IMG/VR virus record: IMGVR_UViG_3300028925_012725
Span: 1 to 32,122 of that record
Source: a virus
Taxonomy: Duplodnaviria; Caudoviricetes
Length of the DNA stretch: 32,122 bases
Reading direction: 5' to 3' (one strand)
Shown here: piece by piece, positions 8,691 through 17,003 of the stretch
Numbering within the stretch: position 1 is the first letter of the stretch
Layout of the letters: the number at the start of each line of letters is the position of its first letter
Made by a program: the position numbers and the translations under genes
Notes under the pieces: generated by a model
Told to the model about the DNA's origin: nothing
Database searches by the model: none
Seen by the model: the letters and a program-made list of their open reading frames with translations, nothing else

Positions 8691-10528
8691 TATTTCTCTC
8701 CCTGTAAGGCTTCCCACCAATTTTTACCTGCCCCATTCAAGTCCAATACTAGTGGAACTCTGAGACGTGGGCGTTCTATTGCTTCTTTGACTCTAGCCCA
8801 AACTGGCTGCCAATCTTCCGGCATACACATTGAGTAAGAATCATGAGTGTTTAAAATAAGATGGCCGTCATCACCCATAGCTTCCTCGGCCAATTTCCAG
8901 TTTTCTTTGTTTAGGTCAGCTGCCGTTGATTGTATTAAAAGACCAGAGGCTTTGTATGATTTCCAACCATGAGGGAATCTAAGCTTGCGGCCTTTATAAT
9001 TCATAACGTAGCCCCAATTTTCAGCTCGCCTTTGCATTTTTTGGGCCAGCTCTTTCACACCGGGCACTCGACTATGGTATCGCTGGATAACTTCTAGTGC
9101 TTCCGCCCCGGCTTTTTTATAGGTTATGGTCTTTCCGTCTGAAGACCTAAAAGATTGCCACTCCCAGTCCATCCCCATTTCGTCTGCTATCGCCCCGTTC
9201 CCTGAATTAAAAATCATCGATAAGTTCAATTGCTTAGCATTGGCCTGGCCATTATAGGTAGCGTTCCGGGGCAGGTTGGCCAGATCACCCACAAACTGAT
9301 GCAAGTCTGTGCCCGGTTCACGTTCATATTCATCGTTGATGACTGGGTTGTTTATTAAATGGGCAAATACCCGTACCTCAAACGAACTCATATCCCCATC
9401 AACCCATACCATTCCTTCGTCTGGTAAGAAACAAGGCTTAACAATAGCTGCTACTGTTTTGTTGCGGGATGGTATTTGCTGCATTGCCGGATTTTGAATC
9501 GACAGCCGCCCTGTGCCAGTGCCCCCGGTTTCGCCTTTACTTTGGTTTATGGTGGGATAGACCCTATCGCCAACACTATGGCCCAACACGTGTCCTCTGA
9601 TGAAGGTGTCTCTAGTTTTGATTAAGGACCTAATTGAAAGAATCCTCGCTGCTGCTGGGTGTGTCATTTGGCGTAGGGCATCAGAACCAATAGATGGATT
9701 GCCACTATTGGTCTCCAACAAAAATGTACCATCGTTTGCTGCCCATTGCTTGGTTCCACGAAGTGTCGTCATCTTGGGTTCAAATAGCTTTCGGATTTGG
9801 ACAGATGAATTGGCATTGATCTCATGTCCTGCAATTTTATTTAGAGCTTTCTGGTCTTCCAGTATAAGAGGTGTGAGTTTATCAGCCGCTTCTTCTGCGT
9901 ACCCGGAATCAATCCTAATGCCCCTTTCCATAGTCTTGATAAAGGTGGGTATTAGAGACCGTTCAAATTCATGAATTTCACCTAGATTTTGGGTTTTGAT
10001 CTCTTTCTCTTGCCACTGCCAAAGGCGCATTGTTAGGTTTGTGTCTTTCTTTGCATATGGGGCGACAACACTTACAGGAGCCCGGCTGATGTTTGGCATT
10101 TGGACCTTTCGAGTGGCCCGGCCCCCAAATAAAAAAGCCAACTCCTCGTAAATTTCTATTTCCTTCCTTTCATTGAGATACTTTATCGCAAGATCATCCA
10201 AGCGGTAAGATACCAAATGCTCGTCAATGAGAGCAGCCCTAATGACAGTGTCATCGAGCCTGGAGATAGGTAGCATAAGTCCGGCAGAACGTGACATCCT
10301 GTAATCAAAGCCGATGTTATGGCCCACGATGATGCCACGATAATTGCCGAGTTTTTCATTTAGATATTCTATGATTTGGGGTTGGACTCGCAGGTCCCAA
10401 TAGAAATCCTGCAGGTTAGGGAGGGTAATGGAGACGCCAAAGGCTTTGTCCACCCCTTGTAAAAGTCCAGTGGTCTCGGTATCAAGTGCGATAACCGGGT
10501 ACTGGCTGAGATCTGGTAAATTGAACAT
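8690..10528 (-). CDS. dpoZ: Family A DNA polymerase with 3'-5' exonuclease, DpoZ-like
   Basis: ExoI LDTETTG, ExoII HNIGFD, ExoIII YAKKD; TGRLS; motif A DMSSFEVR, motif B AKQLNLSMIF, motif C THDS; no 5'-3' exonuclease domain; linked to purZ. Confidence 0.88.
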   Translation of the reverse strand: MFNLPDLSQYPVIALDTETTGLLQGVDKAFGVSITLPNLQDFYWDLRVQPQIIEYLNEKLGNYRGIIVGHNIGFDYRMSRSAGLMLPISRLDDTVIRAALIDEHLVSYRLDDLAIKYLNERKEIEIYEELAFLFGGRATRKVQMPNISRAPVSVVAPYAKKDTNLTMRLWQWQEKEIKTQNLGEIHEFERSLIPTFIKTMERGIRIDSGYAEEAADKLTPLILEDQKALNKIAGHEINANSSVQIRKLFEPKMTTLRGTKQWAANDGTFLLETNSGNPSIGSDALRQMTHPAAARILSIRSLIKTRDTFIRGHVLGHSVGDRVYPTINQSKGETGGTGTGRLSIQNPAMQQIPSRNKTVAAIVKPCFLPDEGMVWVDGDMSSFEVRVFAHLINNPVINDEYEREPGTDLHQFVGDLANLPRNATYNGQANAKQLNLSMIFNSGNGAIADEMGMDWEWQSFRSSDGKTITYKKAGAEALEVIQRYHSRVPGVKELAQKMQRRAENWGYVMNYKGRKLRFPHGWKSYKASGLLIQSTAADLNKENWKLAEEAMGDDGHLILNTHDSYSMCMPEDWQPVWARVKEAIERPRLRVPLVLDLNGAGKNWWEALQGEK

Positions 10529-10569
10529 GGTGAATACTCTTTGTTAAAGTGGAGTTCTTTGCTGGTGGT

Positions 10570-10812
10570 TTAAAACGGTATGTCTTCGTCTGTGTCAATT
10601 CCGTCATCTGATAAAGCTTTGGTTGGCTCGCCAGCTTTCTTTTGGAATGCTAGACTGAAAAATTTGCCGGATTTACCGTCTTTAATCCAGGCTGAAATGT
10701 CATATTCTTCACCGCCAATTTTACAGGACCCCCGGTGGTCGGGTTGGTTTGAGGCTTTTTTGTAAGTGTTGCGGAATAGTGAACCACTAAGTTCTCTTTG
10801 TTCAAACGCCAT
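10570..10812 (-). CDS. Small OB-fold-like ssDNA-binding protein (DUF736-like) with acidic DIPF tail
   Basis: QPDHRG...EYDISAW...GKFFSL pattern; ends DTDEDIPF. Start moved to ATG 10812 (GGAG SD). Confidence 0.65.
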   Translation of the reverse strand: MAFEQRELSGSLFRNTYKKASNQPDHRGSCKIGGEEYDISAWIKDGKSGKFFSLAFQKKAGEPTKALSDDGIDTDEDIPF

Positions 10813-10850
10813 GATAGTCTCCAAATTGGCCCCCGGAGGGGCCATCAGTT

Positions 10851-11561
10851 TTAGTCAGCTGTGCGGCTAACGTCTGTGGTCCCAGCCGTGATAGCGGTAT
10901 ACACTACCTCAGCAGCCTTAAATACAGACTCAGAAACGTAGCCCATTTGCTTAACCGAAATGTTCCAAAATTCATCGCCATTGTTGTTGGTAGACTCGGC
11001 AGAAGCAATAGTGTAAGCTCTTTCGAAACGGTCACCCCCTGCCATGCGAATCATTGTGTTCAATTGGCGACTAACCTTCATCTTAGACCGAGACATTGAA
11101 ATTACGGCTTCTTCAATTTTAGGGTTTTCAGACTCATGATCATCTACTAGCAAACCGAAATGTTGCCCGGTGTCGGTGATTTGGTGGATTTCCGGGTTAA
11201 GATCTTGGTCCGTCATTGCATTCTGGGCGTCTTGCTCAGAGGCAAATGCGCCAGCAAATCCACCTCCCTCTTTGCGGTCCTTCCAGATAACATACTCTTT
11301 TCGGAAGTACACTGGTACAAAAAGAAAGCTGGGGCCATAGAGCTGCTTGGTGACGGTATTAAAGAGCATACCCTCCTCGGCTCCTTCTATGTACTCTGCG
11401 TTCGTTTTTTTGCGCTGGGGGCTTAGAGCCTGGAGTACATCTACGCGTGGAATCGTGATATCATCGATGCCGACTCCTTCGGAGCCACGTCCGCTGCCAG
11501 TGTCCATGAATGCTGGACGTGCTACTTCACCACTATTGGTTTTAAGTTGTTTAGTGCTCAT
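10851..11561 (-). CDS. Putative ssDNA-binding / replication protein
   Basis: IPRVDVLQALSPQ...GAEEG...EYVIWKDR..GGGF pattern; lies between helicase and polymerase; GAGGA SD. Confidence 0.6.
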   Translation of the reverse strand: MSTKQLKTNSGEVARPAFMDTGSGRGSEGVGIDDITIPRVDVLQALSPQRKKTNAEYIEGAEEGMLFNTVTKQLYGPSFLFVPVYFRKEYVIWKDRKEGGGFAGAFASEQDAQNAMTDQDLNPEIHQITDTGQHFGLLVDDHESENPKIEEAVISMSRSKMKVSRQLNTMIRMAGGDRFERAYTIASAESTNNNGDEFWNISVKQMGYVSESVFKAAEVVYTAITAGTTDVSRTAD

Positions 11562-11577
11562 TTCTTAATCCTCGGTT

Positions 11578-11976
11578 CTATTTTGATTTAGTTATAGCGA
11601 CATAGCTATAGGGTGAAAATGTAAAGATTTCTTCCGGGAGTTGCTCGCCTTCGCGAAATTGCTCCTTTAGGAAAGCTTTAAGGGTGGACGTGTGAACAAA
11701 CTCTTTGATAAGATCTTCAAAGCCGTTTTCTCGCATCCATTGGTATGCTCCTTCTTGCTGACCACCTTTGATACTTGCGTATGCATCGGTTCTCATTGAA
11801 ACCGTACCAATATTCGGCAACCGGGTAGACTCCATGCCAGCAGCTTCCATAGCTTCTGGTAATTGGACCTTCCGAATGTCATCGAATTCTTTCTGTAGCT
11901 CAGCCGTTGCCGACTTTGATGCTTCAAGCTTGGTTTTTACTATGACCATTTTTTCGGCCAGCGTTTTAATACTCAT
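11578..11976 (-). CDS. Conserved replication-module protein (coiled coil plus small domain)
   Basis: LPEAM...AYQWMRENGFEDLIK..VH..TLKAF.KE pattern; GAGGA SD. Confidence 0.65.
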   Translation of the reverse strand: MSIKTLAEKMVIVKTKLEASKSATAELQKEFDDIRKVQLPEAMEAAGMESTRLPNIGTVSMRTDAYASIKGGQQEGAYQWMRENGFEDLIKEFVHTSTLKAFLKEQFREGEQLPEEIFTFSPYSYVAITKSK

Positions 11977-11988
11977 GATCTCTTCCTC

Positions 11989-12339
11989 TTAAAGTGCAAA
12001 CAATTCGTAGTCGTGATTTCTTCGACTCCATTTTAAAATGTTGTTGGATACGTTACTGTTGTAGCGCAGAATGCTACCAAGAGCCATTCCTGAGATAACG
12101 TTTGGCATAGCGGACCCGGTGAGGGCTATATAGTCAATTCCGGGGCGGTACTCTTTCATGTTGCGCAAGATTTCCGCCATGATAGCCTGATTATACCCAG
12201 GCATAGATGGCTCAGGCCTATATTCGGTCTGGGTTAGGAAAACCACCTCACCATGCTTTACCAAAGATGAAAAATCCCACTTCGGGTCAAACTGCGTTAC
12301 AAAGACTTGGGGGCCGCTTTGATTTTTAATGTCGTTCAT
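11989..12339 (-). CDS. Hypothetical protein
   Basis: AAAGAGGA SD; first gene after a consensus promoter. Confidence 0.7.
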   Translation of the reverse strand: MNDIKNQSGPQVFVTQFDPKWDFSSLVKHGEVVFLTQTEYRPEPSMPGYNQAIMAEILRNMKEYRPGIDYIALTGSAMPNVISGMALGSILRYNSNVSNNILKWSRRNHDYELFAL

Positions 12340-12367
12340 TTTATTTCCTCTTTCTCTCTAGTGCACT

Positions 12368-12396
12368 ATTATATCACATAGGCATATATATGTCAA
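12368..12396 (-). promoter_or_regulatory. Sigma70-type promoter for the replication/Z operon
   Basis: TTGACA-17 bp-TATAAT with extended -10 TG (TGaTATAAT). Confidence 0.9.
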
Positions 12397-14066
12397 GACC
12401 CGTTCTGGGCCTCGATGATTGAACTTTCTACATAATCAGCCACAGACTTTTTATTGCGAATGGCTGTGACGATGTCCCGGTCTATCTGGTGGTCCATCAT
12501 AACATCAATGTAAGTGACAGACTTGGTTTGGCCTTTCCGGTGGGCTCGGTCCTCTGACTGCAAGCGGTCTTCTAGTGAAAAGCTGTTACTGAAGTATACC
12601 ACATAAGAAGCTGCTGTCAAGGTGAGACCTATGCCACCCATAGTGGGGTTGGATAGGAAAAATCGTGTTGGTGACTCCAAGTCTTGGAACTCAGTAATCA
12701 TGTCTTTTCGTTCGTTTGTACTGCAACCAGCAGAGTAATGAGCAACACACGGCCCAAAGACCGAATTTAAGTATTCTGCTATCATTTTTTGTTCCGGGAC
12801 AAACCGGGCCCATATTATCACTTTTGATTTCAAATCCAAGTCCTTAATCAAATCTACCATAGCATCTAGTTTGGGATTTGGCCCTGGAATGGGGGTGATG
12901 CCGTGTGTCCCACCTTCCTCGTCATATGGGAACATGCCACCCACAATCTGCTGGTATCTGATCATTCGCTCAAGTATGGTTTCTACTTCTAGGTCCAGGC
13001 CGTCCAAGTGCGAGCCCATGACGAATTTATCTCCCACGTCTCTCAGAATTCTGGCCTGTTCCTTGCTGGGTTTAACGGTTATGGTCTCATAAACTTTAGG
13101 CGGCAGGTCCAATACGTCTTCCTTCTTTACAATATAGGTATGGGGTGCTACTAGGTCCATGACTTCATTTATGTTCTTATATCCTATAATCTTGCGCTGC
13201 TCAAATCCACCCATAGTACAATATCTGTTTTGGAATCCGTAATAAGATTTTTGACCAATGATGTCTTTATTTAGGAAAGCGAATTGGGCATATAAGTCCT
13301 GCATACCTTGGGTTATGGGCGTCCCGGTAAGAATAGCCTTGGCTTGGCAAGCTTCCCCTAGTTTGATGCACCTTTTGGTCCGGGTGGCTGAATGTGTTTT
13401 GATTCGGCTTGATTCGTCTATGATCATTGCGGTTTTATGGGCCACAACAAAGTCAATTGCGCTGCTATAAGCTCGGCCAGCAGATAAAGCTTCTACCCCT
13501 ACTACCATAACTTTTAGGCCTGGGGCTTCGTTCATCCACTTTTCACATTTACTGGAGCCACCTGACTCTAACACATGGACTGAGTGCTCGATGGGGCAAT
13601 GGGCCTCCATTTCATTTATCCACACAGGCTTGACCGAGGTGGGGCAAACCACCAACATGGCTTCAATATCTTTATTCATGAACATGGCAGCACCCCAATT
13701 CACTATCGCGAATGTTTTCCCGGTTCCCATTTCCATGAAAAGGGCAAAGTTCCTCTCACCCCACATCTTTTCAAGAGCCACGATTTGGTGGTCCATGGGT
13801 TTGTTCTTGAATTTATACCAGACGGGGAAAGGTACAATGACTTTGGTTTGGTCTAATATCTCCCTCAATTTGGACGCTGCAGTGGGGCAAATTTCCCTTG
13901 TGGCGTAACTTTTTAATACGTATTTTGCTGTAGCCCCGGTCAAAGGCAGCTGCCATACCCTGGCCTGGGGCTCCCACTTTCGAATGGGGGCTTCCTTCGC
14001 CCGGTGGTCAAACCGCTCACATTGGACTTCAATGTTCTGTTGGGTAAGTCTCACTTGAGTATTCAT
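12393..14066 (-). CDS. SNF2-family (SF2) helicase
   Basis: EMGTGKT, IIDESS, LTGTP, GGIGLTL and QSEDRAHRKGQ motifs. Start placed at ATG 14066 (GGAGG SD). Confidence 0.92.
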   Translation of the reverse strand: MNTQVRLTQQNIEVQCERFDHRAKEAPIRKWEPQARVWQLPLTGATAKYVLKSYATREICPTAASKLREILDQTKVIVPFPVWYKFKNKPMDHQIVALEKMWGERNFALFMEMGTGKTFAIVNWGAAMFMNKDIEAMLVVCPTSVKPVWINEMEAHCPIEHSVHVLESGGSSKCEKWMNEAPGLKVMVVGVEALSAGRAYSSAIDFVVAHKTAMIIDESSRIKTHSATRTKRCIKLGEACQAKAILTGTPITQGMQDLYAQFAFLNKDIIGQKSYYGFQNRYCTMGGFEQRKIIGYKNINEVMDLVAPHTYIVKKEDVLDLPPKVYETITVKPSKEQARILRDVGDKFVMGSHLDGLDLEVETILERMIRYQQIVGGMFPYDEEGGTHGITPIPGPNPKLDAMVDLIKDLDLKSKVIIWARFVPEQKMIAEYLNSVFGPCVAHYSAGCSTNERKDMITEFQDLESPTRFFLSNPTMGGIGLTLTAASYVVYFSNSFSLEDRLQSEDRAHRKGQTKSVTYIDVMMDHQIDRDIVTAIRNKKSVADYVESSIIEAQNGS

Positions 14067-14379
14067 TTGATTCAGCCTCCTGTAATAGTATGTTAAGGCG
14101 TTGATTTTTGGTTTCACAGGCATCGGCTATTTCTTCCAACTGGACCATGGCTATATTGTAAAGGTCTTCCTTTTTAGACCAGCCTTTAATCTTCATCAGC
14201 TCCACGAAAGGCCAGAACCCATTAGTCCAGCTGTTGCAGCTGTCCATCAAATCGGCTTTCCTGTACATATCAATCATGTGTTTAATGTGATCTATTTCAA
14301 TATCCAGGCATAGGGCCGTCATTCGTAGACGTTCAGCCCGGATAAATATGTCTTTAATTTGGTTCATTGTAGGTTCCAT
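14029..14379 (-). CDS. Hypothetical protein
   Basis: ORF in the operon; start moved to ATG 14379 (AGAGG SD). Confidence 0.6.
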   Translation of the reverse strand: MEPTMNQIKDIFIRAERLRMTALCLDIEIDHIKHMIDMYRKADLMDSCNSWTNGFWPFVELMKIKGWSKKEDLYNIAMVQLEEIADACETKNQRLNILLQEAESNEYSSETYPTEH

Positions 14380-14645
14380 TTTAATGCCTCTGCTATAAGT
14401 TCTTTCCGTCTTTTGGCGATAGGCTCCCACAGACTTCTAGAATTGACACATGAAAACACTTTATAAGATGATAGGCCCATTAACAGTCCACATTCTTTAT
14501 AGGAGCAATTCAGAGCTCTTAGCTCTACTAGAATTTTTATCCCACTGACAGTCCACCGGGTTCCATAAAATATTACTTCGCGTTTTCGTAATTTTGCGCA
14601 GCCAGAAAATTCTCTGGGGATTTTGGGTTTAAACATTAGACTCAT
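14364..14645 (-). CDS. Hypothetical protein, possible HTH
   Basis: RWT....ILVELRALNCSYKECGLLMGLS resembles a GcrA/HTH-like start; AGGA SD. Confidence 0.55.
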   Translation of the reverse strand: MSLMFKPKIPREFSGCAKLRKREVIFYGTRWTVSGIKILVELRALNCSYKECGLLMGLSSYKVFSCVNSRSLWEPIAKRRKELIAEALKWNLQ

Positions 14646-14655
14646 TCTTTAATTC

Positions 14656-14847
14656 CTATTCGTCTTCGAATTCTTCGTCTTCATAAAGTTCAACGGCTGT
14701 GTTGTAGCCGTCCCAATCTTCAACTCCCACATATCGAAGATAGTCCAATAAATGACTGTCACTTTGGATACTCTTGAAATATGCAACATCTACCTCTACT
14801 GAGGGCTGGCCTTCAACTACATATGGTGATTTGCGGTCATAGATCAT
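14656..14847 (-). CDS. Hypothetical acidic protein
   Basis: AGGAG SD; L..L...GVEDWDGY motif common in small phage proteins. Confidence 0.65.
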   Translation of the reverse strand: MIYDRKSPYVVEGQPSVEVDVAYFKSIQSDSHLLDYLRYVGVEDWDGYNTAVELYEDEEFEDE

Positions 14848-14856
14848 TTGAAGCTC

Positions 14857-15270
14857 CTATCGGTAGAAAATGTGATCGTTTATGGAAAGTACTTGAGTCA
14901 TCGAGCTGGCCCAATACGGGTTGACGTAGGTAGCATGGTAATGAGTGGCTCCTTCACTAATGTCAGTAACTCTACCATAATATATATTCTGGGCTAAAAT
15001 GGTGGCTTCCAGCATCGCCTTGCCATCATGGGGCGTATCTGACAACCCATCACAGAACCAACTATACTGGCATTTGTGTTTAATTGGGTTAACCGGGTCC
15101 CAAGACGAATATCTGGCTTGGTGGACAACATCACATACACTATCTGGGTAACGTTTGTCGTTTACCCGGTTGAGAGTGCTAAATCCAACTGCCATTTGGC
15201 CAGCCAGATTCTCGCCACGTGCCTCATGGTATATGTTCATAGCAAGGCAAAGTACAGAAGCTGCTATCAT
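14857..15270 (-). CDS. Cell wall hydrolase, SleB / Hydrolase_2 family
   Basis: CLAMNIYHEARGE...LNRV...YPDSVCDVV...CQYSW...GATHYHA.YV.PYW...HIFY. Confidence 0.92.
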   Translation of the reverse strand: MIAASVLCLAMNIYHEARGENLAGQMAVGFSTLNRVNDKRYPDSVCDVVHQARYSSWDPVNPIKHKCQYSWFCDGLSDTPHDGKAMLEATILAQNIYYGRVTDISEGATHYHATYVNPYWASSMTQVLSINDHIFYR

Positions 15271-15317
15271 GGTAATTCCTCTTTATCGTTATCGTTATGG
15301 GACTTGACTGCCTGAAA

Positions 15318-15707
15318 TCAATGTTTTCTGCAATCAATATTTTCTACTATGGTACTGGGACTGAGTCCAAGCTTTACTCGGTCCTTAAATTTAGTTTGCT
15401 CGTTAATGAAGGTGTGGCCATTTTCCAAAGCACACTGTACGGCATATTTAGGAGTTGCCTCACAGAATGACCTCACTGCAAGGGTCACTAGACTTCGTAA
15501 CTCTTCGCGAGCTTCGTCCGGGTCCACCAGAAGCATGAGAGCAACATTATCTACTACTTCTCTTCCCATGACATCTACCATGTCTGCAGTGGTAATTTCC
15601 TGGTCCCCAATTATTATGATTCCTTCCATATCGATTTCTACCTGCATTATGCGCAGCCCGGCCAAAAATAACTCACTGCTTGCTAATTGCTCTTTGAGTA
15701 TAATCAT
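15318..15707 (-). CDS. Hypothetical early protein
   Basis: Start moved to ATG 15707, after ACGATAAAGAGGA; the TTG at 15779 is the -35 box of a promoter. Confidence 0.7.
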   Translation of the reverse strand: MIILKEQLASSELFLAGLRIMQVEIDMEGIIIIGDQEITTADMVDVMGREVVDNVALMLLVDPDEAREELRSLVTLAVRSFCEATPKYAVQCALENGHTFINEQTKFKDRVKLGLSPSTIVENIDCRKH

Positions 15708-15750
15708 TACAACTTCCTCTTTATCGTAGGGCAAAATTGCCCCAGGCTTT

Positions 15751-15779
15751 ATTATATCACGTCCCTGATGATAGGACAA
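15751..15779 (-). promoter_or_regulatory. Sigma70-type promoter
   Basis: TTGTCC-17 bp-TATAAT with extended -10 TG; followed by a hairpin and an SD. Confidence 0.75.
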
Positions 15780-15961
15780 GGACCTGTTTGAGACTGAAGC
15801 TCCTGCAAAGTTATGCCTAGCTCCTTGGCCACCTTTTGGTCTTCAATGGTGCTCTCAATAGCGCGTCTGCGCTTGGTGGCTTTGATTTGGGACTTGGTGT
15901 GAGTCCTTCGGATGCGCGTGGCTTGGCCACACGTAACCCAGAATAAAGGCGGCACTTCCAT
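15752..15961 (-). CDS. Hypothetical basic protein
   Basis: GGAGG SD; RRRAIE...AKELGI pattern. Confidence 0.55.
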   Translation of the reverse strand: MEVPPLFWVTCGQATRIRRTHTKSQIKATKRRRAIESTIEDQKVAKELGITLQELQSQTGPCPIIRDVI

Positions 15962-15964
15962 CGC

Positions 15965-16177
15965 TTAGTCCTCCCAACCCCATAAATCTAATTCAAGCTG
16001 GGTCATAATTGGACCCCTTGGCATCACCATCCATTCGGTGACCGGCTTTTTGCCGTTTTCAGCATCCCGTAACATTTCACTGTCTACCCAGTCGGTTCCG
16101 ACTATCCCATTATAGTGGGTCAAAACGGTCTGCATAATTGCTGGCTGGCAATCCTTCCAAGCTATCCAATTACTCAT
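15965..16177 (-). CDS. DUF551-like protein
   Basis: MSNWI...QP...VTEWMVMP pattern; start at ATG 16177 (GGAGG SD). Confidence 0.6.
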   Translation of the reverse strand: MSNWIAWKDCQPAIMQTVLTHYNGIVGTDWVDSEMLRDAENGKKPVTEWMVMPRGPIMTQLELDLWGWED

Positions 16178-16355
16178 AGTCCACCTCCACATAAATACCT
16201 TCCTTCATGAATTTATCTATGGCCTCTTCAGAGTGACCTAGATTTAAAAGCCTGGACCGGGAAGTCACGCCTTGCGACTCTACGTGAATCAAAAGGTCAG
16301 GCACATTCTCGACAAGCTCAAGCTCCTCAGTGTTCATTCGGTCTTTCATAGTCAT
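16170..16355 (-). CDS. Hypothetical protein
   Basis: ATGA overlap with the upstream gene; GGAGG SD. Confidence 0.6.
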   Translation of the reverse strand: MTMKDRMNTEELELVENVPDLLIHVESQGVTSRSRLLNLGHSEEAIDKFMKEGIYVEVDYE

Positions 16356-16789
16356 ACTTTAGGTCCTCCCCATATTTTAGCTGGTGGTGCTTCCATAATT
16401 AACTGCTTTAATTCGTGCGTGGACCTCCCGGTCATTTTCGAGATTTCTGAGATAGTCACGTCCGGGTTAAGCTCAAATAAGTCAACAATCTGCTCGTCAC
16501 AAAAATTCAACATGGCGTTTTTCTCAAATGCCTCCTGACGTTCCAATAGTGCAACCTTAGTGCGAGCCACAATGATGTATGCCATAAACGAACCAATATT
16601 AAAGCCATGTAAATCCTGGCCCACGTCTAGGACATGATCAGCAACGGCCTTCCAACTCCGGGTGTCGTCCCAATGCTGAAGCGCGTATGGGACCAACTCG
16701 TCAGCTTCGTCTACCTTCAAAAATCTATATTCAGCCATGTCAAACTCCCGTGGGGGCTGGGCCCCGGTCATATGAAACGGAAATGCCAT
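16352..16789 (-). CDS. Hypothetical protein with C-terminal HTH-like module
   Basis: ORF in the early operon; start could instead be the internal M of MAEYRF (GGGAG SD). Confidence 0.65.
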   Translation of the reverse strand: MAFPFHMTGAQPPREFDMAEYRFLKVDEADELVPYALQHWDDTRSWKAVADHVLDVGQDLHGFNIGSFMAYIIVARTKVALLERQEAFEKNAMLNFCDEQIVDLFELNPDVTISEISKMTGRSTHELKQLIMEAPPAKIWGGPKV

Positions 16790-16964
16790 TCTTGGCGCAA
16801 AAGGTTATTGGGTCATCGAGCTGGCCCTTTAGAATATTAATGTAGTTAGAGTCCTTTAATACAACAAGAACCTCTGCCTCAGTATGGTTACTGATAGCAG
16901 CTAGATTAGATAGCGATAAATCGCTGTTGTTTAGGTGAATTTCAATAAGTTCGTAATTAGTCAT
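16740..16964 (-). CDS. Hypothetical protein with HTH-like module
   Basis: AGAGGA SD; resembles the C-terminus of the neighbouring protein. Confidence 0.6.
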   Translation of the reverse strand: MTNYELIEIHLNNSDLSLSNLAAISNHTEAEVLVVLKDSNYINILKGQLDDPITFCAKNGISVSYDRGPAPTGV

Positions 16965-17003
16965 GTCAAAATCCTCTGGGGGCCGTAGCCCCCCTCGTTA
17001 TCG

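Noticed and set aside
15708-15779. N-terminal extension from TTG 15779; likewise track starts at 18713, 25834, 19317, 14123, 10845 and 8720
   Set aside because: These starts fall in promoter boxes, hairpins or upstream genes; downstream starts have better SD or overlap context.
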